Counted from the first letter of the stretch, positions 17,926 to 28,726 are shown. The stretch: DNA of 64,000 bases from an uncultured Gammaproteobacteria bacterium (GCA_964510885.1 CAZEDL010000004.1:3182-67181), one strand, 5' to 3'. The notes: generated by a model not told the origin, from the letters alone. Numbers and translations: made by a program.

Positions 17926-18342
17926 ATGAAATCCCCTTCTTTTATATTCATTCTCACTTCACTACTCCTCTTTTCCGGTTGCACACAGGCTACTACCCCA
18001 ACGACACCTGCACCTCCGCCTTCAACAGCACCGGCCTCCCCTGACACTGACATCACCAATACCGACCGCCTCAAAGCCGCCGTGTTTGCCTTTGCCAACA
18101 AAAAAACAGCCGGCGATTGGAGCAAAGAATACACAATCACCGCTATACACGAAACAAATCAAGCGGCCCTAGGCACCTGGAAAAAAAATCAACATTATAA
18201 CTGGATCGCCTACAAAAAAACCAATGGCGATTGGCAGGTGCTGCTGGCCTTACCACGCTTTATGTGTTCTGAAACCAAACTAATCCCTTCAGAATTTAAA
18301 AATTTCTTCAAAGATCCGCTCGCTTTGAGCGGTTGTGAGTAA
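17926..18342 (+). CDS. hypothetical lipoprotein
   Basis: lipobox LFSGC, Pro/Thr linker. Confidence 0.75.
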   Translation: MKSPSFIFILTSLLLFSGCTQATTPTTPAPPPSTAPASPDTDITNTDRLKAAVFAFANKKTAGDWSKEYTITAIHETNQAALGTWKKNQHYNWIAYKKTNGDWQVLLALPRFMCSETKLIPSEFKNFFKDPLALSGCE

Positions 18343-18387
18343 GCGCTTTCTTCAGGGCAAAAATAACCGACTGAATAATACGAAAAA

Positions 18388-19713
18388 TTACTGTCGCGCA
18401 TCAACCGGCGTAGCAGTAAACAAAAAAGCTTCGGCAGCCGCTGGCTTTGCCTCTAAAAAATCTTTTAAAAATCGCAAATTAACAGCCAAAGGCAATGACA
18501 ATTGATCAGATGCTAAGAGTTGATCCACAACCTCAATGAGACGCGTCATAGTTGGCACGTAATACGACGTCAAGCCAGAAGTAAAACCACCTTTTACTTC
18601 TTGAGTATTAGCTTCAAAATCAATCACTCGGCCGCGCAGCTTTGTTAGGCCGGAAAATTCCGGCTTGCCACCACGCGCCAGCCAGCGGAAAAACCCGAGA
18701 ATTTTAGTTTCTCCAATTTTGTCTTTATCCAGCATTCCTTTCCCACTGCTTTCTTCGGCCAATTCTCGCTCCATAGTGCGGGTAATCGTAGCAAACAAAT
18801 TACCGTCTTTATCCCAATCGATCATTGCAGCTGAGCCACTGCCGGTCGGAATCAAATAATCGGTGCTTTGTTGGTCATGCCCATTTTGTTTCCACAACAA
18901 GAGATAATGATCTTCGGTAATCCCGAGGGTCGAAGCCCCGATATGGTTATTGAGAAGCGAAGTTGTAAGATCGGCGAAGCGGTGCACCCCCCGACTATCA
19001 GTAGCGATTGGTAACAAGTACGTAGCATCTGCCAATCGTTTGCCACTACTTTGGTCTTCCAGATACCGCCCGGCAATTTCATTGGTCAAAAAGCTATCGT
19101 AATACCCGCCAGCATGGCACACCGCCGTATGAGCCGCAATATCAAGGTCTTCCGACAGGCAGCATTTTAATTCATTGGTAAAATACTTGCGCGTCCGCCG
19201 CGACTGGTTGAATTGAAAACTTAAAAATTTGATAAAAAAATCATCATTTTCCTCTAAGTGATGGCGAATTTTGTGCGGCACTGCATCCGACAAGGTAGCC
19301 CGCCACTCTGGCCCCGTATCGATTAATATCGAATTGAGTAACTTAGAAAATAAAATATATTCGTGGCGCACCATCGGTTCAATCACAAATCCGCGCCCGA
19401 CTTCTTTGTCGGAGGGTTTCACCTCGGCCCAGGCAATCGGCACTGCTTTCATTTCTGCCGGTTCAAAATCAAAAAAATGCTTCACCTCGTGACCAAAATT
19501 AGTTATTTCACGCAGTACTTTGACCACGATCAGCCCAATCAAGAGCACAATCCACCATTCCTCCGAAAAATGGTGGACCAAATTCGGCCCCTCTACAAAA
19601 GTAAGGCTAATAGAAAAAATCAAAATACCCAAATTCAATAATAGCCCCCACAACTCATGCCGTTTAATCCGGCTAAGGTAAGAAATATAATCGCGGTACA
19701 TGACCACTGACAT
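18388..19713 (-). CDS. 2TM membrane protein with a NUDIX-like domain
   Basis: two N-terminal hydrophobic helices; GSGS...RTMERELAEES Nudix-like box. Confidence 0.65.
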   Translation of the reverse strand: MSVVMYRDYISYLSRIKRHELWGLLLNLGILIFSISLTFVEGPNLVHHFSEEWWIVLLIGLIVVKVLREITNFGHEVKHFFDFEPAEMKAVPIAWAEVKPSDKEVGRGFVIEPMVRHEYILFSKLLNSILIDTGPEWRATLSDAVPHKIRHHLEENDDFFIKFLSFQFNQSRRTRKYFTNELKCCLSEDLDIAAHTAVCHAGGYYDSFLTNEIAGRYLEDQSSGKRLADATYLLPIATDSRGVHRFADLTTSLLNNHIGASTLGITEDHYLLLWKQNGHDQQSTDYLIPTGSGSAAMIDWDKDGNLFATITRTMERELAEESSGKGMLDKDKIGETKILGFFRWLARGGKPEFSGLTKLRGRVIDFEANTQEVKGGFTSGLTSYYVPTMTRLIEVVDQLLASDQLSLPLAVNLRFLKDFLEAKPAAAEAFLFTATPVDARQ

Positions 19714-19740
19714 ACTAAGCACAGTTAAATAATCAACATA

Positions 19741-20226
19741 TCATTGATCAGTACCAGCCTCCAGCCCCAGTCGCTTCACCCAATCTTCGGTCAGTGCAGC
19801 AGCGGCTTCTTCCACTTGCTTCGGCGTCCAATCAGCGTGCTCCGCTTCAATATCGCGCCGGTGTTCGGCAGTTAACACAGCTTTCAAGTCGCCAAGCTGG
19901 CTTTTCAAATCAAACATTTTTTTCTTCAGTAGATCGAGCGTCTTTTGGTCTTGCTCGACCGAGGGAATAACGCTATCTGCTTGGGGGGAGAGCTGCAATT
20001 GCGCCCGGATAGCGGCTACTGCTTTCACCACTTGCTGCATACTCCCCATCACCCGCTGAGCCTGCTGCTGCGTAGTCCGGACTTCTTTGGTTACCTGTTC
20101 GGCTCGCTCCCTGGCGCCAAGTTTTTTTTCAAGCTCTTCAGCCTGCTTTTCTTTGCTCGCTTCGACACCAATCTCCCTGCCCTCTGACCGGTTCACACGC
20201 TGCTGATTTTCTGATTCGAAAGACAT
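19741..20226 (-). CDS. hypothetical coiled-coil protein
   Basis: 161-aa ORF rich in E/Q/K with heptad character. Confidence 0.7.
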   Translation of the reverse strand: MSFESENQQRVNRSEGREIGVEASKEKQAEELEKKLGARERAEQVTKEVRTTQQQAQRVMGSMQQVVKAVAAIRAQLQLSPQADSVIPSVEQDQKTLDLLKKKMFDLKSQLGDLKAVLTAEHRRDIEAEHADWTPKQVEEAAAALTEDWVKRLGLEAGTDQ

Positions 20227-20441
20227 ATTGGTTTAACGTTGTCACCCCGAGCCCTAAACGGATTCTTTTGAAATAAGACTTTACAAAAAACGAAAGATCT
20301 TTATCCTGGTAATCGCTAACAATGTAACAATTTAGCAATATAACAGTTAACTTTTGAAACAAAAATTCCTCTTTTGACGTCGGAATGACAATTTAGAGAA
20401 ACATTGCCAACAAAAATAATCTCCGTTACAATACTAACATT

Positions 20442-21479
20442 ATGACCTACAAAAATCAAAGCGAATCGCCCGATCGGTTGGTTGAACCAGAGAGTGTTGC
20501 AGCCGAAACCAGCCTAGAAAATTCTCTGCGCCCCGGCCGCTTAACCGACTTTGTCGGCCAAGAGCATATCAAACAAAACCTGAATATCGCCATCCAGGCC
20601 GCCCAAAAACGAAGTGAGCCGCTCGAACATATCCTGTTGTATGGCAACCCTGGCCTTGGCAAAACCACCTTGTCGCATATTATCGGCAAAGAAATGAACG
20701 CCACCGTGCGGGTCACATCCGGGCCTACCCTCGAAAAAGTCGGCGACTTGGCTGCTATTTTATCCAATTTACAAGCCGGGGATATCTTGTTTATTGATGA
20801 AATCCACCGACTGAACAAAACTATTGAAGAAGTGCTCTATCCGGCGCTCGAAGATTTTTCATTAGACATTATTCTTGGCAAAGGCCCAGCCGCGCGCACC
20901 ATACGCATGCCGCTGAACCCCTTCACCCTGATTGGCGCCACCACCAAGCTCAGCCTGTTGTCGGCTCCGCTCCGCGACCGGTTCGGCCACACCTTTCATC
21001 TCAATTTTTACGAAGAAGCCGATATTAAAACCATCGTGGAGCGCAACGCCGGCATTTTGAAGGTGCGCATCGACACACCATCTTCCGCCCTCATCGCCAG
21101 CCGCTCCCGCCGCACCCCGCGCATTGCCAACCGCCTGCTCAAACGGTTGCGGGATATGGCTGAAATTGATAATAACGGCCACATTTCCGAAGCTGTAAGC
21201 AAAAAAGCCCTCAACCTCCTCGCTATCGACCAATTTGGGCTTGATGATCTCGACCGTCGCCTGCTCAGCACACTGATCGAAAAATTCAATGGTGGGCCAA
21301 CCGGCTTATCCACCCTCGCCGCCGCCGTGGCCGAAGAAATGGACACAATCGAGACTGTTTACGAACCTTTTTTGCTGCAAATGGGTTTTATCGAGCGCAC
21401 TCCACGCGGCCGCCTGGCCACGCTCCGGGCTTATGAGCACCTGGGGTTTGATCGACGAATCGAACCAACTTTGTTATAA
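20442..21479 (+). CDS. ruvB: Holliday junction branch migration helicase RuvB
   Basis: SLRP..L..FVGQ, GNPGLGKTT, LFIDEIHR, LSAPLRDRFG, RTPRGR. Confidence 0.98.
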   Translation: MTYKNQSESPDRLVEPESVAAETSLENSLRPGRLTDFVGQEHIKQNLNIAIQAAQKRSEPLEHILLYGNPGLGKTTLSHIIGKEMNATVRVTSGPTLEKVGDLAAILSNLQAGDILFIDEIHRLNKTIEEVLYPALEDFSLDIILGKGPAARTIRMPLNPFTLIGATTKLSLLSAPLRDRFGHTFHLNFYEEADIKTIVERNAGILKVRIDTPSSALIASRSRRTPRIANRLLKRLRDMAEIDNNGHISEAVSKKALNLLAIDQFGLDDLDRRLLSTLIEKFNGGPTGLSTLAAAVAEEMDTIETVYEPFLLQMGFIERTPRGRLATLRAYEHLGFDRRIEPTLL

Positions 21480-21510
21480 TCAGCATACTATCTATTAGAT
21501 AATCATTGTT

Positions 21511-21765
21511 ATGTTTACGGTCGAACTGGCAGTTTTCTTCTATATCTACTTGGCTTTTATAACGGTGTTTGGCGTACTAGTTCTCACGAACCTGCTCCAT
21601 CTTGTTCATACTGGCACCATCACCCTACTCAGCTCCATAGTCACGGGCATAGTGGTAGTTTTCAGCTTTTTTATTATCTCCAGCACCTGGGGTTACGCTC
21701 AAACTATTGACTGGCACACGCCGATCACCCTTTGGGACAATGCCTGGATCGGCAGCTTATTTTAA
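21511..21765 (+). CDS. small membrane protein
   Basis: two TM helices; in an operon with ruvB. Confidence 0.7.
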   Translation: MFTVELAVFFYIYLAFITVFGVLVLTNLLHLVHTGTITLLSSIVTGIVVVFSFFIISSTWGYAQTIDWHTPITLWDNAWIGSLF

Positions 21766-21780
21766 CGGCTCGGCCCGTGT

Positions 21781-22338
21781 ATGAAATTATCCGAGTTTAT
21801 CCACCAAAAATCATACGAACGCGTAGAACTATTGGTTCGCCATGACTGGGTCACCTTTATTCCTTACGCCTTCATCACCCTAATTTTAGCGGTCATTCCA
21901 TTAGTCCTAAAAGTTCTACTAGACAACATTTTCCCTGGATTTTTGAATAATCCGGTGATCCTGACGTTGGCGATATTGTTTGGCAGCATCTATTATCTGT
22001 CGATCAGCTTATTTTTCTATACCTATTTTGTCACGTTCTATCTTGACCTGCTTATTATCACCAACGATCGTTTGCTCGAAGTGACTCAAACCAATCTCTT
22101 CTACCGATCGGTCTCAGAAATGGATATTTACCACGTACAGGATGTCACCTCTGAAACCAAAGGATTTTTCGGATCAATCTTCCGCTACGGCAACATTCTG
22201 ATCCAAGATTCAAGTGCGCTCACCAAATTCGATCTGCGCCAAGTGCCCGAACCCGATAAATTACGGGAAAAAATTCTGGAACTAGCCGAAATCGACCGCC
22301 GCTTCCATATGAAAAGACACGATATTGCTCCTACGTGA
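21781..22338 (+). CDS. membrane protein with a bacterial PH (bPH_2-like) domain
   Basis: two TM helices; IITNDRL...VQDVT...IFRYGNILIQ. Confidence 0.8.
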   Translation: MKLSEFIHQKSYERVELLVRHDWVTFIPYAFITLILAVIPLVLKVLLDNIFPGFLNNPVILTLAILFGSIYYLSISLFFYTYFVTFYLDLLIITNDRLLEVTQTNLFYRSVSEMDIYHVQDVTSETKGFFGSIFRYGNILIQDSSALTKFDLRQVPEPDKLREKILELAEIDRRFHMKRHDIAPT

Positions 22339-22362
22339 TTTAAACTAAACAAACCAACACAT

Positions 22363-22391
22363 AAAAAATCCGGCCGCTAAGCCGGATTTTT
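22363..22391. terminator. bidirectional intrinsic terminator
   Basis: AAAAAATCCGGC-CGCTAA-GCCGGATTTTT. Confidence 0.75.
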
Positions 22392-22410
22392 AAACTCTAT
22401 AAAACAAAAC

Positions 22411-23958
22411 CTAATAAATCCTCTCGATCTTCGTCCCTATATAATAATGCGCCAAAATCTCGCGATAGGCCCACCCATCATTCCCTGCGCGTAGCATCGC
22501 ATCTCGAGCGCTCATCCCAACTCCGTGACCAAGGCGAGTCAGCCCTTTATCATGTATCGCTTCCACCGGCTGTAACCAGGGCTTGTCAGTGCCACCCCAA
22601 GCTGCACTCCACGAGCGAGTAGTGCCATTTGATCGGCTAAAATACGGAGTCACCACCGGCGCGCCATTATACGTAACTAGCTGCCCGGCCGTAGCGGTCG
22701 TAGCCGCTACAATTTTTGGCTGGTTAATTTCACCGTTGTATCCTAAATACAATTGATCGGCAGTGGTAGCCACCATATCAAATACGGGGCGGGGCTTGCC
22801 AGGGGCAGATAATTTCTGCCAAGCATACGATCGCGCCGCCACTTGCAGCGCCTTAGCATATTCGGTCGGCACCCCATCAGACGCTTCGGTTACACCCGCC
22901 ACATATCGCTCTAGCGGCAGCTCATTAATACCCCACACTTCACTCGTTTTTGGATTATAGGCAACAATGAACGTGTCACGATAGACATTAAAATTGCTTT
23001 TACGGCCAGACAGTGTGCGGGTGTATTCGGGCAATTCCCAATAGCTGCCGGGGTCAAGCGGCGAGAAATAAAGTGGAAAAGTGGTTTTTAAAACCTGGTC
23101 AGGCCAGCGAGCTTCATACTGACCATCTTTATAATAAACACTCACACGGGTGCCAGCGGGTAAAACAGCGAGCGTGGACGTGCCGGAAATCATCTGGTAA
23201 TCAAAGGGTGACGTCCATACGATCGGCTCTGCGCTTGAAAACAAATTAATCCTGACCCGCGGTTCTGCTACTAGTGGCCGCTCTGGCGGAAGTGCATCAT
23301 CCCAAAACCCGACAATTTCGGTAGTAGTGGCTGCAGTCTCGGTTGTTGGCAGGGCGCTTACAGCCGGAGTAGAGGTGATTGGTGTCGAGCTGGCTAATAC
23401 CGCTTGAACCGTACTCGTAACCACCGGCACAGCTGGCGCACTCACCGCCGCTGCATTTTTTACAACTTTAATAACAATATAAAAATGTGAATCATTAATC
23501 CAGGTGGTATTTTCCGCTGCCAAATAAAAATCTTCGCGATATATTCCTGGTGTCTGTGGTGCCGTTATTGTAAACGTCAGCTTGGCAGTCTCCCCAGAAG
23601 CCGCCTTGGCTACAATCCGCGCCGGACGACTGGAAGATAGCCAGGTTTTTCCCCGCAACGAACTGACATGGTAATTAGGATCGACTGTATAAGCTGATAC
23701 CTCTCTTGGGCCAGAGGCAGACCACAGCTCCCTACCCTTATTTTTAAAGGTAAAAGTCACTGTTTTGGAACCACCAGGTAAGAATGTCGTTCCATCCGGC
23801 AGCGACTGGCCCAAAAGCTCCGCGCTATAGCGAGTATTTTTTATCACCGGCGCGGTTATTTTGGCCGACGCGGGAGTAACTTGAGAAAAAATTACTAAAC
23901 TTAAAAGCACCCCCGTTAAAATCGCGCTACCGCGCGCTAATCGATTGAAAAAATGCAT
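22411..23958 (-). CDS. SpoIID/LytB-domain protein with an N-terminal Ig-like domain
   Basis: INELPLERYVAGVTE, KALQVAARSYA, DQLYLG, GHGVGMS, ILAHYY; start moved to ATG 23958. Confidence 0.88.
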   Translation of the reverse strand: MHFFNRLARGSAILTGVLLSLVIFSQVTPASAKITAPVIKNTRYSAELLGQSLPDGTTFLPGGSKTVTFTFKNKGRELWSASGPREVSAYTVDPNYHVSSLRGKTWLSSSRPARIVAKAASGETAKLTFTITAPQTPGIYREDFYLAAENTTWINDSHFYIVIKVVKNAAAVSAPAVPVVTSTVQAVLASSTPITSTPAVSALPTTETAATTTEIVGFWDDALPPERPLVAEPRVRINLFSSAEPIVWTSPFDYQMISGTSTLAVLPAGTRVSVYYKDGQYEARWPDQVLKTTFPLYFSPLDPGSYWELPEYTRTLSGRKSNFNVYRDTFIVAYNPKTSEVWGINELPLERYVAGVTEASDGVPTEYAKALQVAARSYAWQKLSAPGKPRPVFDMVATTADQLYLGYNGEINQPKIVAATTATAGQLVTYNGAPVVTPYFSRSNGTTRSWSAAWGGTDKPWLQPVEAIHDKGLTRLGHGVGMSARDAMLRAGNDGWAYREILAHYYIGTKIERIY

Positions 23959-24129
23959 AGCACAAATCAGTATACCATGCGTTGCAGCAGGGTACAACGA
24001 ATGATATACTAAATAAAATTCCTAATTCACCTAATATCTAATATTAGCAGCATTTCCAAGGCCTCATTTCCAATTTAGTATTGGACACCATATTAGACAT
24101 TAGAAATTAAAATTTAGAAATTTAAAAAT

Positions 24130-24429
24130 ATGGGGTTCTTCTCAGTTCTATTTGGCGGCACCGAATACTCCACCACTCCCCACCCGCTCAGTACCGACGC
24201 CATGCAGCACCTCTTCTGGAAAATCGACCACCCTAATCTTTCAGTTCATCTAAAACAATTGGTGGAGGCCGAAGTTCTCAAAGGCCGCAGCGATGCCGGC
24301 CAAATTTCCCTGGCCCACATCCGCACCATCCTAATCGGGCTTGAACACCGTCATTTACTGACCGAATTTAATCGGCGGGATTTTTTTACCATTTTCAAAA
24401 ACTATTTCGAGACTCATTTTAAATCCTAA
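24130..24429 (+). CDS. hypothetical protein
   Basis: 99-aa ORF abutting the flippase start. Confidence 0.65.
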   Translation: MGFFSVLFGGTEYSTTPHPLSTDAMQHLFWKIDHPNLSVHLKQLVEAEVLKGRSDAGQISLAHIRTILIGLEHRHLLTEFNRRDFFTIFKNYFETHFKS

Positions 24430-24430
24430 C

Positions 24431-25846
24431 ATGTCCGTTAACCAGATCATTGCCAAGAACACCCTGTCCCAGGTCGGGGGTAAAATAATCAGCACGCTGC
24501 TCGGGCTCGTGGCCGTAGCCATCATGACGCGCAGCCTGGGGGTAGAACAATTCGGTTGGTATGTTACCGCCGTAGGCTTCTTGCAATTTGTAGGGATTTT
24601 AAGTGATTTTGGCTTCATCATTACCACCACCAGCCTGTTGTCCGAACCGGCCTTTGATAAAGACAAGCTATTTAACACCCTTTTCAGTTGGCGATTTGTG
24701 AGTGCTCTGATATTCCAAGGGTTTGCTCCACTGATCTTTCTCGCCCTGCCCTATCCGGCACCGGTAAAAATTGGCGTCACTATTACCAGCATCTCTTTCT
24801 TTGCTCTGGCTATCGGCCAAGTATTTATCGGCTATTACCAAGCTAAGCTGCAAAATTATCAACAAGCAATTAGTGAAATTGTGGGTCGGGCCGCTCTCGC
24901 CCTCGGCGTAGCGCTCGCGGCCATAAGCCAAGCCGGATTTGTAGCCATGATGGTCGCCGTCACCCTGGCATCGGTAATTTCCACCACCTATTTGATAATT
25001 AAACACGGCCGGGTCACCTGGAGTTTTGACCGAGCCATCTCACGGGCCATTTTTATCCGCATGTGGCCAACCGCACTCTCAGTAATCTGTAACGCCTTCT
25101 ACCTGCAGGGCGACCGAGTCCTGCTACCATTGTTTGTGAGCCAAACCACCGTCGGGCTCTACGGCGCCGCCTACCGCGTGCTTGACATTATCATCCAGGT
25201 GGCCGCTCTAGTGATGGGGGTCATGATGCCGCTAGCCACCTTTGCCTGGTCACGGGGCCAGCTAGCTGATTTCAAAAAATATTTTCACCTCAGTCTAACC
25301 CTAGTTGCCACAATTCTATTTCCAGCCGTGGCCGGAATCTTTATTTTGGACGAACCAATCATGTCATTTGTGGCCGGAGCCGAATTTGCTAGTGCCGGAT
25401 ATATGCTCCGCTACCTGAGTCTCGCTATTTTCGGGATCTGTTTTGGGTTAGCATTTGGCTATTTGGCCCTGGCGATCAACCGTCAGCGCCAGGCACTACT
25501 CATCTACTTCTCCGATGCCCTTATCAGCACTCTGGCCTATATTATCTGTATTCGCTGGTGGGGGGTGAAAGGGGCGATTGGCGTCACAATTTTTTCTGAG
25601 CTGTACGCCGGAATCGGCCTCGCAATTATAGTTATTTCCTATACAAAACTGCGGCCGAATTTATTGACACTCGGTAAAATTGCGCTGGCCAGCCTGATCA
25701 TGGCTGGCTGCACCGCACCCTTTGCCAGGGCCCCCTTGCCCATTTCACTTAGCATCGGCCTCCTTAGTTACTCCGCCCTGGTAGTTATATTTCGAGTTAT
25801 TTCCCCCGCCGCCCTACGAGAACTATTAGTTGCCAAAAAGACCTAA
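24431..25846 (+). CDS. oligosaccharide flippase (Wzx/MOP family)
   Basis: IAKNT...RSLGVEQFG...DFG; VGLYGAAYR; about 12-14 TM helices. Confidence 0.88.
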   Translation: MSVNQIIAKNTLSQVGGKIISTLLGLVAVAIMTRSLGVEQFGWYVTAVGFLQFVGILSDFGFIITTTSLLSEPAFDKDKLFNTLFSWRFVSALIFQGFAPLIFLALPYPAPVKIGVTITSISFFALAIGQVFIGYYQAKLQNYQQAISEIVGRAALALGVALAAISQAGFVAMMVAVTLASVISTTYLIIKHGRVTWSFDRAISRAIFIRMWPTALSVICNAFYLQGDRVLLPLFVSQTTVGLYGAAYRVLDIIIQVAALVMGVMMPLATFAWSRGQLADFKKYFHLSLTLVATILFPAVAGIFILDEPIMSFVAGAEFASAGYMLRYLSLAIFGICFGLAFGYLALAINRQRQALLIYFSDALISTLAYIICIRWWGVKGAIGVTIFSELYAGIGLAIIVISYTKLRPNLLTLGKIALASLIMAGCTAPFARAPLPISLSIGLLSYSALVVIFRVISPAALRELLVAKKT

Positions 25847-25949
25847 TCTGGTAGAATATTGCTACATAAAACATCAAACGTAAAATACGGTAATCACAGA
25901 TAATCTATCAATCACATGTTTCATGTTTTAAGTTTAAAGCTTCATAGAT

Positions 25950-27002
25950 ATGGACTTTAGCAAACTCAAAAATTATCTGTTTCTCGGGCTCTTGATTGCC
26001 GTTACCGGGTTGTTCTTCTCCATTCTGAAGCCTTTTGTCTACCCCCTCTTCTGGGCAGCTGTCATCGCCACTTTGTTTTATCCCTTATTCAAAAAAATCA
26101 ACGACTCCTTTAAACGCCCGAATTTAAGTGCCGCTGCTTCTTTGGCCATTATCACGGTGAGCATACTCTTACCTATCAGCATTATCGGGACCTTGCTAAT
26201 CAAAGAATCGGTCGGTATTTACAGCGCCATCAACGATAATCGCGGCGAGATTAGTGAGTCGCTGCAAAAATTTTTCTCGGCCTTACAGCACAACCAATTC
26301 ACCGCCGGGCTACAGATCGACCAAGAGCTGATAAGCGAAAAAATAAGCGAGGTCAGCCGGAACGTGGTTACTTTTATCTTTAATATCGTCACGAACTTTA
26401 CACAAAATTCCCTCACCTTTATCGGGTTATTTATCATGATGCTCTATGCCTTATTTTTCTTCTTGCGCGATGGTGAGAGAATGCTAAAAAAAGTGATGTA
26501 CCTGTGCCCGCTTGGCGATCGCTACGAACAATTACTCTATAAAAAATTCACTTCGACTGCCCTGGCTACCCTAAAAGGTGTGCTTATTATCGGCAGTATC
26601 CAAGGGCTACTTGGCGGCATTGCCTTGGCTGTTGCCGGTGTGCAGGGCGCCCTTATTTGGGGAATCTTAATGGCCTTTTTCTCTATCACCCCCGGTATTG
26701 GCTGCGCCATCATTTGGGTGCCAGCCAGTATTATCTTGTTTTTAACGGGCGATATTACAGGAGGGTTGATTGTAGCCGGCGTCGGTCTTTTGCTCATCAG
26801 CACTATCGACAACCTGCTGCGCCCGGTGCTGGTCGGTAAAAATATTCAAATGCATCCGTTATATATTCTATTTTCAACATTGGGCGGCATTGCACTATTT
26901 GGCATTTCCGGCTTTGTAATCGGTCCTGTTATTACCGCTCTATTTTTGTCCTTCTGGGAAATTTACGAACAATATTATCACAGCGAATTAACTCAAAATT
27001 AA
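25950..27002 (+). CDS. AI-2E family transporter
   Basis: FFFLRDG, IDNLLRPVLVG, GGIALFGISGFVIGP. Confidence 0.92.
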   Translation: MDFSKLKNYLFLGLLIAVTGLFFSILKPFVYPLFWAAVIATLFYPLFKKINDSFKRPNLSAAASLAIITVSILLPISIIGTLLIKESVGIYSAINDNRGEISESLQKFFSALQHNQFTAGLQIDQELISEKISEVSRNVVTFIFNIVTNFTQNSLTFIGLFIMMLYALFFFLRDGERMLKKVMYLCPLGDRYEQLLYKKFTSTALATLKGVLIIGSIQGLLGGIALAVAGVQGALIWGILMAFFSITPGIGCAIIWVPASIILFLTGDITGGLIVAGVGLLLISTIDNLLRPVLVGKNIQMHPLYILFSTLGGIALFGISGFVIGPVITALFLSFWEIYEQYYHSELTQN

Positions 27003-27005
27003 TCT

Positions 27006-27470
27006 ATGCAAGCGAGCGCTCTCGGATTATTCCCCCTCTTCGACGCCAGCAGCTACCGGGTAGGAATTGTAGTCTCTAGTTTCAACCATGATCTAACCAG
27101 CGGGCTACTCGATCAGGCACTGAGTGAACTAGAGCGCTACCAAGTAAAAAAAACCAATATTACTACGATCACCGTAGCTGGCTGTATTGAAATCCCCGTC
27201 GTGATCGAGGCCATGGCGCACAAAAAATCATTTGATTGTCTGATTGTACTCGGTGTGGTAATCCGCGGCGACACCCCTCATTTTGAATACGTTTGTAAAA
27301 TTGTCTCCGAAGGAGTGCGGCATACCATGCAAGCTCACACCCTTCCAGTCGGGTTTGGCATTCTGACCTTGAATAAAAAAAGTCAGGCTGCCGAACGCCT
27401 GATAGCCGGAGCTTCTGCAGCTGCAGCGGCGTTACAAGCCGCCAAGGCAATCAAACAGATTATTGAATAG
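27006..27470 (+). CDS. ribH: 6,7-dimethyl-8-ribityllumazine synthase
   Basis: IVVSSFN, VAGCIEIP, LGVVIRGDTPHFEYV, PVGFGILT. Confidence 0.93.
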   Translation: MQASALGLFPLFDASSYRVGIVVSSFNHDLTSGLLDQALSELERYQVKKTNITTITVAGCIEIPVVIEAMAHKKSFDCLIVLGVVIRGDTPHFEYVCKIVSEGVRHTMQAHTLPVGFGILTLNKKSQAAERLIAGASAAAAALQAAKAIKQIIE

Positions 27471-27562
27471 CCAAAAATAATTAGGCCAACCATCTCCTTT
27501 CCCTGACCACCGTAATCTACTGTCTGGTTCCCAATTAACCATACTGATACTATGTCTACCGT

Positions 27563-28680
27563 ATGTCTTTAACAAATTATTGGTCCGGTTTACTAGGCAT
27601 AGTAATTATAATTGTCAGCTACCTTCTGTTTCGTTACTGGCAAAAAATTAAACAAGCGCCAATCATGTTAGATAATCTTCCCGGGATTAAGCGCATCACT
27701 ACCAGTTTTTTAAATAACTACAGCACGGACTTTACCATACTGGCCCGACAAGGAAGAATTGACCCGATCATCGGACGAGTCGAAGAAGTACGTAAGCTCA
27801 CCCAAGTACTGGCTCGACGCACAAAAAATAACGCTCTCTTAATCGGCGCTCCTGGTGTCGGTAAAACTGCCATTGTGGAAGGTCTAGCCCAGAGAATTAT
27901 AAAAAAAGACGTTCCAGAAACCTTACTTAATAAACGGGTTCTAGCCCTTGATGTGGCGACTATTATGTCTGGCACCAAATACCGTGGAGAATTTGAACAA
28001 CGCGCTAAAAAAATTATCCAGGAAATCAGCGCTTCTCAACGCTCAATCATACTCTTTATCGACGAAATACATTCCGTAGTTCAATCGCAAGGCAGTGAAG
28101 GCTCGATCAATCTTTCCGACATCTTAAAACCAGCTTTAGCGCGGGGAGATCTTCAGATGATTGGGGCGACAACTACTGAAGAGTATACTAAATACATAAA
28201 AACTGATCCCAGTTTTGATCGTCGTTTCCAACCCATTGAAGTTGTGGAAGCAAGTGAAAATGAAACCTTAGACATTCTTCAGGGGGTGAAAGAAAAATAT
28301 CAGGAATACCATAAAGTTACCTTTACCGATGCCGCTTTGAAGACTGCTGTTCAGCTAGGAAAGCAGCTTATTACTGACCGCAAATTACCAGACAAGGCTA
28401 TTGACGCCCTTGATGAAGCGGCCGCCATGGTGAAAGTAAGCAATATTTCTACCGCTGTCAGCACTGTCCTCTATTAAACCGCGGCTACTGCCACCCCGAA
28501 GTAGCGGAATTGTTGAAAAAAATTCAAGATTTGGACCGTCAAATCCTGACCGCAAACGATCACGAACTAACTATTTTGACGCAAAAAAGAGAAGTGCATG
28601 AAACAGAACTCAGCCATAGCGGAGTAGTCACGGTTGACTCAAGTGATGTAGAAAAAGTTATTAAAGAATGGACTAATTAA
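27563..28680 (+). pseudogene. membrane-anchored single-AAA ClpA/B/C-like ATPase, split by a frameshift near 28417-28477
   Basis: DPIIGR, RRTKNN, GAPGVGKT, FIDEIH, LPDKAID; TAA at 28475-28477; the -1 frame is open from 28417 to 28680 and encodes ...VTVDSSDVEKVIKEWTN, resembling the Clp end-of-NBD1 segment. Confidence 0.7.
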
Positions 28681-28726
28681 TTATTTCTGGAACCACTTCC
28701 AGAATTTTATTTTTAACAGCAAGTGT

